In this document: in pieces, positions 11,132 through 23,299 of the stretch | How positions within the stretch are numbered: position 1 is the first letter of the stretch | How the letters are laid out: each line of letters begins with the position of its first letter | NCBI GenBank assembly: GCA_001643675.2 | Contig: LSRY02000065.1 | Location: 310,001-374,000 of the forward strand | Length of the DNA stretch: 64,000 nucleotides | Reading direction: 5' to 3' | Source of the DNA: Monocercomonoides exilis PA203 | Taxonomy: Eukaryota; Protista; Preaxostyla | The notes under the pieces: generated by a model | The model's database searches: none | Told to the model about the DNA's origin: nothing | What the model saw: the letters and a program-made list of their open reading frames with translations, nothing else | Translations under genes and position numbers: made by a program

Positions 11132-13223
11132 TTTTGAAAATGCATTGCGAACAGAAAACAACGAATATTCGTCATTCGAATTGAATTCAGATATCATTGG
11201 ATAAGAGAAATTGGTGCAAAATATGAACTCAAAACAACCATGAAAATATAAATTGTTACACCATTCAAGGTTATTAGTATTATTTGACAAGGCGCTACAA
11301 AGAAAGAAAGAAAAAACGATAAATATTTTTCTGGTTTGTTGTTATGGATATAAGATCATCAGATTTGAAAGAACAACAATATTCCTTGCTAAAATGAGAA
11401 TTCCGTGAGTAAACATTTCCTGTTGAATTAAGAATATTATTTCCTATGATGGAATGAATGAAGAAAGGCATTCCCAACAATGGAATAATAAATGATATTT
11501 TTTGTTTTTGAGCCAAGTGGGATAGAACAATTTGAAATTTGAATAAAAATATCAGCATGCGTGTATTTTATATTATTCTTTTGATTGAGCAGATATTTCC
11601 ATCTATATCCTTTTCAAAGTGCAGGAATGTGAGTTATTGTTGAAATGGCCAATCCCCGCTTTGGAGAGCAATACGATGAGAATGGAGCAGATTATTATGT
11701 ATCCATTGGGAAATAAATGAAGTTACGAAAGATACATGATATTTATTTGGAATAAGAGGCGAAGGCAAATTAAAACAATTATTTATTAAATGAAGATTGT
11801 AAGAAGGAATTATGTAAAGGACAAAATCTGCACAAAATTATATAGCATTTTGGAAGCATAAGGCAGTGGGAGAAGCTTTTTGGGCAAGGAAAGTGGCTGG
11901 CCAAATGGAAAGCTGGACATTTATTGTGAAAAAAAGACCAAGAAATCTGAGAGAAGCAAAAAGACAGGAGATAAGCAGCATTAACTTGGGTGATATGACT
12001 TTTCTGACTTTTTGGGAGTAAAAAAGTTTTCTATCCTTTTTGGAATTTTTACAAGCGAAGCGCAGTTTTGTTTGTCGATGTGCTGTTGAGGCGAGGACGA
12101 TCAGCAGCTTCAGTTTTTGCACATTTCATGCGAAAATCGCAAGACATATAAAACCAGCTAAATATGTTTCTTATCTTGCACCTTTAATGGCATTTGCTAG
12201 AGGATAGGACAGAAGTCCTGGAACTTCAACATCACAATCCACTTTTGATGATTTGAAATGGCAATATTCTTCTGTTATTTCATCTTCAACAACAACATGA
12301 ACAACAACTTCATTGTCTTCTTCTTCTTCTTCAATGCATTCTTCACTGATTTTATAGAAATGTTGTTTTATTCATTCCATTCAACTCTCCGTCAATTCTT
12401 CTGAAAATTTTGTCTTCTATTTCTATTCACAAACACAAAGGTTCTTTTTCTTTCTGTAAAGAGGAAGCAGCCAAAGGGAGGAGGTACTGGACTGTGTATG
12501 ATATTGATGTCCAATCAATGAGAACAATTCCGACTTTTTTTATTAGGCTGTTGAATAAAGTGCAGATGAAAAGGAAAGAATATCGAAATAATTTTGATTT
12601 GGAATAGATGGTTAAAGAAATGGCATTCAACAGACTTCATAATGTGTCATCTCTTTTGTGAGTGGCAGAAGAGTCAAAAGGTGATGAGAGAAAGACAAAA
12701 AATTTGAAATGGAGAAGGAAACTGTCACAAAAGAATATTGGAAATGACAAATGGAGATAGGATTATTGGGTGCAGATATTTGTGTGTAATGTGTGATAAT
12801 TTGATGATGATGCAATTGGTGATCTTTCAGAATAACTGAAAGGGAAATTTTTTAATTTGAAAATGTTGGCTTCTGGAAATGATGTGAATGAAGAGGATCC
12901 AAATAAAAAAAAATGTTCTTTTTCCTCTGTTGTTATCAAATAAACTTTTGAATGTCTTTCTTTCTTGTTTTTTTTCAATCAAAGAAATGATAATGATTCA
13001 ATGTTCTTTTTTGAGCATTCTTTTTTCCAAATGCAAGTCATTCAAAATTGAAAAATAAAAAAAAAAAAAGAAAGAAAGTTAGCATTTTTTTTTTCAGATA
13101 TATTTTTCTATTTGCATTGTTGGAAATTAAGATTTGAAATGAAGCAAAACCTCAGCCAACTCCTTTTCAAACACTTCCTCTCAAATGATAAAAATAAAAA
13201 AGGAACAGAAAAGCACTCTTAAT

Positions 13224-14643
13224 TCATATGTTTACTAAAAAATCTCCATAATATTCAGGAAGAAAATTAAAAAAATTGAAATTCAGATAATGTAAAATAA
13301 TATGAAAGCTGGTGATGATGTCTTCGTATCCTTCTTCTTCCATCTTTTCAAATATCTTTCTTTTCAACTCTTTTCGTTTTGTTTTGTTCGTTTCTCCGTC
13401 CCTCTTTTCAATCAGCCTTTCTGAAATCTTCAAAATGAGCTGCAAATAATTCCACGTCAAATTGTGATTTAATGTTTGTCGCTGAATTTCCACCGGAATA
13501 ACATCAATGGCTTCCCCTTTCAGCAAGTCTTCAACTTCCACAGCTCTATTTTCTGCTGCTATTCTCAAAGATTGAATACAAAAGAAGTGAAAATCCCCAT
13601 TATCATCGTTTTCTGCTCTGATTACTCGAACAATGCTGCCGATAAGGTTACAATTCTCTTCGTTCCTCATTTGGCATGAGTAGAAGAAACGATTCAGTTT
13701 TTGGATCCATCTCAATAAAGCAAGCTCTTCTTTCGTTTCTTTCTCTCCTTTTTCGTCTTTTCTCTTCCAATCAATGCATCTTGTCAGCTCATCCAATTCT
13801 CTTCTTGCCTCTCTCACAAAATGCAGTTCTTTCGTAATCATCCCTTCCAAGCCGCGGCCTGAGGAAAATTTACTGATCAAAATCTTCCAAACAAACTGAT
13901 ATGCAAGTCGTGTCAGATTGTGATGCTCTTGATGATACAGGATAATTTCTTTGAGTTCATTCAAATACAGTTTTTGTTCAATATCCTTGTTAAAAATGAA
14001 GAGAGATAAAATCAGTTACATCAAAAAGGAAATAGAAATGTTCATACGTAACATTCTGGAGCGCAACACAAAGCCAACAAAGCCATTTCCACTTCTTTCT
14101 GGACTTCTTCGCTTTCCTCCTTCTTCAACGCAACTTTCAGAAGATACGGAACACATATTGAAATCAATTCGTCTGAAATGAATCCTACAACCAGAAAAAC
14201 AAAGCATTCACAAAGGTCAACAAGCAGCTTTTCATTTTTTTCTTCTTTTTTCTCTATTTCTTCAAAAATCATCTTTCTAATTTGTTTTCTCAATGAAGAA
14301 TCTTGAAAACCGAAAAGATAAATTTTTTTCATAACTTTGCAATATCCAACGATCTTCAACAACAAGATTGCATTTTCCATTGAAAGTTTCTTTTCTTCAA
14401 TCTTTTTTGTAATTTTGTCGAACAGATTTTTTCTGTCCATTGTTTCAAATTCATCTTTACTCATTTCTTCAATAAGTTCATTCATTTCTTCAACTTTGAA
14501 TTTCTGTTCATCCTCGTTGCAACCTCCAATTTCGTCAAACAATTCTTCGAAATGCATAAAAAAAATGAAAAATCAAACCTTTTTTAAAACAAGTTAGAAA
14601 TGAACAGACCCCAAAACTTTTCGACAAGTGATGTTCTTTGCAT
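13224..14643 (-). CDS. Paralog of the same helical-protein family, 3 exons, ~430 aa
   Basis: Exons 14643-14610, 14544-14048 and 13985-13224 join in frame; same intron positions and phases as 9703-11131. Confidence 0.85.
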
Positions 14644-14969
14644 TCTGATTTTTAGAATGCTCGTTCTGTTTATAATATGTTCAGGATTCAATAAACACAA
14701 TAACAATTCAAACATAAGATTATCAGCAAAAACAAACCGTTTTATCAATCAGAGTTTTTGAAAATGCTATCGATTCAATACTAATTGCAAGGCTTTTAAA
14801 AATAAGTGTGTAATATGCCACGTCAACAAAACCAATGATCAAAGCTATATCCGACAAGAAAAGCACACTTTTTTTCTTTTTGATCGAACCAAAAGCTTAT
14901 TTTTTTGTCAAGAGATCAGATGAGGCAAAATTCTTTCAATTGTGAAAAAAACAACAATTTGTTCCAAAC

Positions 14970-15026
14970 TAGCCCTGGGTGACGTGAAGAAAAAAATTCG
15001 TTACGTCCGTCACCAATTTTCCACTT

Positions 15027-15066
<40 letters not shown>

Positions 15067-18000
15067 AATTTTTTATTGAATACATAATGTATTTATTTTA
15101 AATAAAATTTTTTCAACTCTGAAAACAGAAGTAGAAATCATGAATACCATTATAAAAGATATATCGATTTTAAAACAATTTTTTTCCAATTAATGCATTG
15201 TTTTTGACACCAAATAATGGATGAACTGTGTTAATGAAGAAATTTTGATAGTTATAGTAAGTGTTTGCTATGTGCGAATATTTTATTTCCCATCTTGTAT
15301 TCATCGAAATTAAAATTTAAAAGTGGCATAGCATCAAAGTGTCATATCATATAGTAGTGCAGGAGAATCTTGAATCTGAAAAAATTGCATGTGTGCAATT
15401 GTTGAAATATATGAATTCTTGAAGAATTGGATTGTCACTTAATTCGAAATTCAGACATTAAAAATGAATTTGAAGAAAGTACTGTGAATGTGCGGGAAAA
15501 GAAAAATGAAGAAGCGATTTGTATGACTTATTAAAAGCACGTTTGTAATTGATTTATTTTTCAGAATCGTATTTATCTATCAAATCGAAAAAATATAAAA
15601 GAAAAGATAATATCAATTGATGATACATGTTTGCAGTTGAAGCAGATTGAACAGCGGAAGCAATGAAACTTTTAATGATTCATTTTGGAGTTGAAGTTGA
15701 ATTGAAGAACAATAAAGATGATAATGAATGAAAATGAAAAGATAGCAGAAAAGGATTAAAGGCTACTGGCTGATCTTTGTGAATACTTTGTTTTGCTTTG
15801 TGATGATTTCTGTTCAACAAATTTACGATTTATCATCGTGACTTGCATTCTGAAAGCCTCATTGATCAAAGAAGATAACAAGGAAGCTCAAAAAGAAGTT
15901 GAAATGGCTTCATTGTGTTCAAGTTGCATTGATAACGAAACTGTGTGAGTATTTCAAATTCCTTTTTGATATTATAGATTGTTTATCTCTTTTTTTGAAA
16001 GGAAAATGAACAAAAACTGTATCTGTATGAAATCAAAGGAATTATCAGATATCAAGTGATGCACAACTTTACTCATCTTGCCTGTCAGTCTGCCTTGAAG
16101 TTATTGACAAAATGGTGCAATAACGTAGAAAAGTTGAAAGAAACTATCGTTTATCGGAAACATCCAGGGAGAGAAGCAGCCAGAAAACAGGAAGAGTCGA
16201 TAAAATGTGTTCAATGGAAGAGAAAAAAGGAAGAAAAAGGAAGAATAGAAGTTTTAATAATTAGGAGATGACTTGATGAAATTTTAAAGTTCTTTACTGT
16301 GTGCAAATTGAGAAATAAAGGATATATTGGACTCATAGTGAAAATTCTTCAGCTGTTTAAAAGCTGCAACAGAAAACAACGGGAGAATGAGCAAAAGATG
16401 TATTCGCATAATGAAAAACGGAGCTTCCAACGGGGGAAGCGAAAACTGAAGATTTGCAAATAGTCAGAGCGATTGATGTTGTTTTTTTACGATTCATCAA
16501 CCCATTCAAAATGATATAATGACACTCGAATTTTCACTGTTTTTTGTTGATTGAAAGAACATAAGAACTGTTTATTCTGCGAAAAAGAAAGAGCAAAAAA
16601 ACGATCATTTTTATTAAGAAAGAAGAAAAGGAAATGAAGATGTCCAAAATTTTTCTTGAAATATTGGATTTTCACAACACAAAGAATTTCCTGCACTTAT
16701 CGTTGAGTTTTTTTTTATTCTTTAGTGATATTTTGAGGAAATGAAATGTTTGTATTTTCCAACGATAATATTCTATTATTTTCTATTTTTCTCATTTCAC
16801 AAATAGAAAACAATTGCTTTTGGCTTTGATAAAACAATTATATTTATTTATTATTATTATTATTTACTATGAAGAGAAACTTCAACAAAAAATCATTAAT
16901 AAAAAATAGAAATGTCTTGCGTTTGTGACTTGACCTTTCTTCTTCTTCTTCACTCCTCCTCTAACTTCTTTCACACTTTTTTATTGGAGAGTAACAAATT
17001 CTGAGTTCCTTATTCTATTATTCATCTTCTTCGCTTTCATAATCTCCGTTCTTTTCCTCAGTTTTTTCTGGATTTTTCTCGGTTTTCTTTAATATTTTTA
17101 TTTTCAAAAAACATAAGGATGAAACGAAACAATGAAGAAAACAGGATTAAGCAGTAATAATTACAATGGGATAAAGAAGATGCACTTCCATTTCAATCAG
17201 ACGATGCTCAGAATGCAGAAAAGAAAATATATTGATCTGATTAGCTGATAATTAATTCACAATCACAGTTGAAATATAATAAATAATCATTCACAAAGCA
17301 TTCCTTTGCAAGACTTTTCAGTTCAAGCAGTTATGAGAAATCAACATCACATGCATAAATAATGTGGATTTTAACTTGTCTACACTTTGCACGAGGGATT
17401 CCACTCCATTGGGGGAAAATGTTCATATTACTTCCAATTCAGTCTGTGCATTTTCCACATATATATCTTATGCCAATATTTCTATTTTAATTGGGAATAG
17501 AATGGATGGTTTCATTCCTTTTTGTTTGTTGATTTTCATCAAAAGCAGAATTGGATGTCGAAAACGATTCATTCTATAGTTATAAAAAAGACATGGCTTG
17601 ATGTGAAACTTTCTTTCAATGATAATTGCTCACTTCAAATCGAATAAATAGAAAAATGAAATAATCAAAAATAATTGTTGAAAATAATGAAAAACTTGTT
17701 CCCAATTCAGTTTCATATTGAACATAATATGAATAAAGTTATTATTGATTCGGTGCTTCATCTTTTGAGTTTTAAAGTGATACGTTTACGAGAAAATAGA
17801 GATTCTCTTTTCACAATTGATTTATAATGGGCAAAAGTCACTCTGAAAAGCTATGAATCAGATTCCAGTTTCATTCATCCGATGTTGAAGTTTTGAAAGT
17901 TCTTTTGCATTTTCAAATAATCTGACTTCACCTGACGTCAGCGCCTTGAGACGTCAGTGACGAGTAAAAATTCCGATTGCCGCTATCACGTCAGTCAAAA

Positions 18001-18193
18001 ATGTGATATAGTTATTTTGATTAGAAGAATTAGAAAATAATTTCTCACAAAAATTGAAAAATACAGTTTTTTCAAGAAAAATATAAAATATAATGTTGAA
18101 ACTTTTATTTTTCTTTTGTGACTTGGAAAAATCTGTCACGTCCGTCAAAAATAGAAAATGTCACGTCAGAAGTCACCACGTCACCCAGGGCTA
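14970..18193. mobile_element. Non-autonomous hAT-type element (3224 bp) carrying host-gene cargo
   Basis: Perfect 17-bp TIR TAGCCCTGGGTGACGTG / CACGTCACCCAGGGCTA; 8-bp TSD TTCCAAAC (14962-14969 and 18194-18201); clustered subterminal GTGAC/GTCAC/TGACG motifs; no transposase ORF. Confidence 0.92.
15506..16740 (+). pseudogene. Degenerate, intron-retaining copy of the helical-protein family inside the hAT element
   Basis: Translatable remnants LLADLCEYF, KEDNKEAQKEVEMA, EQKLYLYEIKGIIRYQ and HNFTHLACQSA. Introns gtttgt..cag (15541-15564) and gtgagt..aag (~15945-16001) lie at family positions. Many stops and frameshifts. Confidence 0.8.
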
Positions 18194-18203
18194 TTCCAAA
18201 CTT

Positions 18204-19690
18204 GGTAAGTGGGCAGATAGCGGCCGGTAAAAAATGAGTGTTTTTCATTTATTTTTTCATGGATAAGAAACAAAGACAAATGCAGAACATGATTATTCTT
18301 TGTTTTTCTGAAAATGAAGTGCAGAAAAATTTGAATGAATTTTTAATCAAAAAAAAAAAAATTATTACTAAGATCGGAATTATTCATGAAAATTCTGCAT
18401 ATTCAGATGCAGATTCACCATCGCCAGCTTTATATATGTCACTTTCAGTTGATGAAACAAGATCATCAACTAATGGAGTTAATGATTCATCTTCACTTTT
18501 AGATTCATTAGAATCACTATCATCGCTTTCTTCTTCTGTTGGAACAGGAAATTGAATTTTTTTCACAAAATCTATGAAAGAGCATTTTTATGAGGAGTGG
18601 AACATGTAACTTGCATAGTTGTCATCAATAAACTTATTGTTAACTCCTGTTTTCTGCAAAAACTGGAGAAATCTGGACAATAATCCCTCTATTCCGTTCG
18701 TGCAGACCACAGAAAGTGGATTTTTGAAAGTGAATTTATGGCATTCTGATAAATATGAATTATCGTATTCAGATAAGCAATGGAAAGGATGCAATTCGTC
18801 ACTGTAAATCATTGTCTTGGGTTTTATATTTGCTAGGATGATGGGAATTAAGGTATTTTTTTTTCTATTTTTGACACTAACAATAATGAATCTTCATCCA
18901 CATTTTTCGCTTTTTCTTTCAATACCTCCGAAAAGCCATATCTTCGATTTTTTTTCTGCCCTTGTGGAATTTTCTCCTTCTCAGAATAGCCTCGTCAATT
19001 TCTACAATTTCTCCATCACCTCCAATTGGCTGAAAATCCTGAAATGTGATTTTCGAAGAAATTGTTCGACACTAAGAATACCAAAAACTAACGGTCTTTC
19101 TGTTGATGTCTAGGAGAAAACTTGTTTGAGTGATATTCAATTTCAAACAAAAATGCAAAATGATTCTGAGAAGTTTGTTCAATGGTATTTTCGTGTTAAA
19201 GAATGAAGTATTTTCAAATAAGCTGATCGATTTATCGCATTTTGCACATCTGTATTGTTTTCTTGTTTCTGATCTTGAATAAATGTTCATTTTATTAAAA
19301 CATCTCTGACATTTTTTGTTGAGAACGTTCAGCACATTATTGATGATCCAACCAAATGAACATGAAACGCAAGAAAATTTATCATTCAAATCTGCAATAT
19401 CCTTTCTCGAATCGTTGATACTTGTTGACATTGAATAGAAATCAAGCAATAAATCATTTATTTTATTTTGTTATATATTATATTCAAATTTAATTGATTT
19501 CAATTTGAACACAAATTTATCATTTTGTTAATGGGAAAATTGAGTTTTTATTAATTTTTATCAGTTATAATCAGTAATAAAATATCAAAAAAACTAATTG
19601 AAAGAAATCATTATATCCAATTGTGTTCAAATAAATTATAAAATTTCACAAAATAACGAAAAAATACCGGTCGCTTTGCACCATCTTACC
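18204..19690 (-). mobile_element. Merlin (IS1595/ISXO2-like DDE) transposon, 1487 bp, with pseudogenised transposase
   Basis: Imperfect TIR GGTAAGTGGGCAGATAGCGGCCGGTA / TACCGGTCGCTTTGCACCATCTTACC; 8-bp TSD CCAAACTT (18196-18203 and 19691-19698). Zinc ribbon CQRC..CAKC, then IVEIDEA, WLFGGIER, IYSDE and TNGIEG. In-frame TAG and TGA plus an A8 frameshift. Confidence 0.93.
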
Positions 19691-20186
19691 CCAAACTTTT
19701 TCCACAATCTTAAACATCTGCATCACATGCCTTCTAACGTGAACATTTTAGGAGTGACGTGAGGTGACTGAAAAAAATTACATTCACTTATCAAAAAAAT
19801 ATAAAAAAATAATAAACAAGACATTCAAAGAAAAAATGATTTTTTTTGTAATTTATCTTTCATTATTGAGTGGGTTTTTTAATTTTTTTCATATTTTTCA
19901 AATGTTCATTTTCAATTTTTGTATGAACAATTGGTTGTGTCGTGATCGATTTTTTATGGTATATATATAAAGGCATTCGCGTCACTACCTGTCACTGACG
20001 CAATTCAAGTCAATAAGGCATTTGGCAAAATTTCTTTTTTTGTTATTCATGGATGCCTCACAAATATGTTTTTCTTCATAAAAAATACCCAAAAAATGTT
20101 TCTAAACAGTTATAATTTATATTTTTATTTTTTTTTTTGTATTTTCAATAACACTTTTTTATTCTTCTTGATCAAAAAAGTTAAAG

Positions 20187-23099
20187 ATGGATAAAGAAAC
20201 CGAGAAAATGCTCAAATCACACAGATGCGAGTGGATAAAACTGAAAAAAAATAGAATCCAATGAGTACACAAACTGTTTGAATTTATTGATTTATCTTAA
20301 AATTTATTTTGAACAAATATGTAATATTAACATAGGTTATTATTATCCTATGCCGGAAGAATTAATTATTTCCAAACCTTCTCTTGATATTGTTAATCAT
20401 TAAATATTTGTTGCATTCACTCCATTGTATAAAGATAGGATTGCAAAAAAGGATATGCACAGACTTTATATGTCTCCGTGCGAAAAAGATGGAGTTGCTA
20501 GTGGAGAAACGCGTCGGAAGGATTCCTCTTTGATTTTTAATCATAAATGTGATTTGATTGCGAATAATCATATCTCTTTATTTTTTTCTCAGAAGTCCAA
20601 TTTATCAACAATTTCTACTGAAAGGTGAAAAAGCAATGGAACTTCTCAAACAACATTGAAAGGTGAGCTCGCTGAATCTTTCATCAATATCGTTGCCCAT
20701 AGTAATATTTCTTTTCTATCAGAAGCAACAAATGAATTCAATGATTTTATTTCAGCATTAATAAAGTCATCACAAGCGAATCCACACATGAGCAGAGAAG
20801 ATATTTTCCCTCTCTTAACAGAGAGAAATGTGAGGAGACTGCTTCATGAAACGAATTCAAAGAAAAATAGAAAAAGCAATTTCAATTATTTCTAATAATC
20901 CCCTTGGAGTTGTCATTGACGGAGGAGTTGTTGGGGGAGAAAGCTACACAGCAGTGGGCTTTTCAACAATGGATCAATTATCGAAACCTATCTTTTGGAA
21001 ATTGTACAAAGGCTGTCGATCAGAATCCGATTATAACAATTTGGGAACAGAAATAATGACAGAGTTGAGCTCTTATGGATGATCTGTCAGAGCTTGGTGC
21101 TCAGATGGACTGAAACCACAAGTTTTAGCTTTGAAAAGGATATCAACTTATGATGGCAAGGAATTATCTGGTTTGTAACACACAAATAATTATCCCAAAC
21201 CAATTTTTATAAGATGTCAAAACCATTTAATCAAATTGGTTGTCAGTCATGCTTTTTCTGAAAATGTTAAACTTAAGAAAATGAAGGAATTGATTAAAAA
21301 CTTCAGTCAGCAAGCACATTTGTCAATTTTCAGAAACATTCTGAAAAAAAGATGCACATCATTTATTGCTACTCGATGGCTGTGCTTGCATAATAATTGT
21401 TTCTTCATAAGGCAGTATAAATCAATAACAAACAAATCCAGCATGCTTTCAGACAACGAAATCTCTGAAATTGCACTCACTGAATTGTTGCTGTATCCAC
21501 TTTATTCGATGCATCTGATTTTTCAAAAAGAATCGACAAAACTTGGAGATGCTTTTCCTATTGTAATTCAACCAATGAATTTGTTTTATTCTTTTTCAAC
21601 AAATGTGTATTTCGTTGATGGAGAATGGCATAACGCATTGATTGATATAGTTATTCTGTTATATAATTACACACTTTGTGATTTTTCTGGACAACTCATA
21701 GCAACATCACACGCGCTAACTCCAATAGGATCACATAAACATCGAATCAACAAAATTCACTTGTGACCCTAGGAAACGTTTGAATATTTTCAAAAAATAA
21801 ATATTATTATAAAACTATTCAAGTTTTTCTTTTATCTCGAAAATATTATTTTATTAAGTTTCTAAAACTATTATTGATGTGTCCAAAAAATCAAGTGAAT
21901 CTTTATCACATAATTGCGGGGAAGATTCATGTGGATCAATGTGTCTGATCCAAAACTCATCAAATACTTCTTCTTTGTCAAATTCATCATCTTCTTTTTC
22001 ATCCTCCTCTTCATCCTCCTCTTCTTCTTTATCTTCCTCCACCTCAAATGTTTCCTCTTTAACCATGTTTCCTATTTTCCAGAATCCTTCTTCGTTTCAG
22101 TCAAAACAAAATCATTATAACACAACATGTTCGGATACACATTTGTCAAACCTTCCATTTTTATCTACTGAAAAGTTGAAAACTGCTTTTGAAAATTCTG
22201 AAAAAGAAAATGATAAATATGGAAAACGTGTTATTGGATCTTCTTTTTCAACTTCTCTAACCACAAATTGCACAAAAGCTATGAATGTTGAGTCCTCAAA
22301 CTCAAAACTGCAAAGTTTGTTTGATTTCATTTCGACTCTTGATTCGAATTCTCAAGAAAACACAGAAGAATGTGAAAAACAATACGAAATCGAAGATTTT
22401 GATGAACAAGATTTGTTCAGATTGATTCTCGCAGAAGAAGAAAAAAAGGATAATGAATATCAACACAAATCCAATGAAACGGATCGTATCAATTTCTCCT
22501 TGACTAGAAAAACAGCTCAGCATGATGAAGTGTCAGTAAGAATGTCAACAGACATTACAAAAAAATGACAAACTGAAGAAGAAATTTCTTGAAATGAAAA
22601 AGAACCAACGAATAATGAAGAAAACAACGAAAGTGAAAGCGAAAGCGATAGTGATGTGGATTTCATTTGCAATTTTTCTCGTTTCAGAAGAATCGAAGAA
22701 TGTGATGCTGATTTTGAAAATCAAACTTAGAAAAATATTTGTGATAACACATTTTCTGATTGGTGTGGAGGGATTGTGGCAGGTTTTTGAGTTATGTTTG
22801 ATCACATGATGTTCGAAAGGCACAATAGAAGAAAATCTCAATGCATGAAGTTTTTTTTAGAATTATCACTTTTCAAAGAGAAAGATGAAATCACCGAAGA
22901 AGATGGTAACAATTTTTATCAAGATTTAAGTAATTACAGAGAAACACATTCAATACTTACTAACATTGCTTTCAGCATAACAACCTCTCCTTGCCGTGAA
23001 TCATTATATGAGAGAATATTTTCAAATTGCTGCATAACAATTGGAGATCATCACCTCAATATTTCAGACAGAACACTCAATGCTCTTCTTCGTCTTTAA
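20187..23099 (+). pseudogene. Decayed hAT transposase with a long Ser/acidic insert
   Basis: GVVIDG (D1), AWCSDG (D2), RCQNHL (CxxH), ATRWL, and C-terminal dimerisation-like SPCRESLYERIFS...ISDRTLNALL. Multiple stops and frameshifts. Degenerate TIR-like taggagtgacgtgaggtgac at ~19749. Confidence 0.85.
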
Positions 23100-23299
23100 T
23101 TTCTCATGGGAATATTTTTTTTTCAGTTTTGAATCTGTTGAATCGATCATTTTGTTTGTCACTTATTTATTTTCTTTCCCATATCTCTCGACCTTAATAA
23201 AAAGCTGAAATATAGTACAGAATTTTAATGTTTTTTTGTTTAGACAGAAAATCGAAGTTAATTAACTGAATATTGAATGAGCTGAAGCAAAAAAAAAAA

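Noticed and set aside
11300-12980. Possible decayed genes between the two helical-family paralogs
   Set aside because: Coding-like patches exist, but I found no recognisable motif or consistent frame.
18204-19690. Bacterial IS1595 from contamination or recent transfer
   Set aside because: The element is embedded among intron-containing genes, has host-like AT content and is decayed; Merlin is the established eukaryotic relative.
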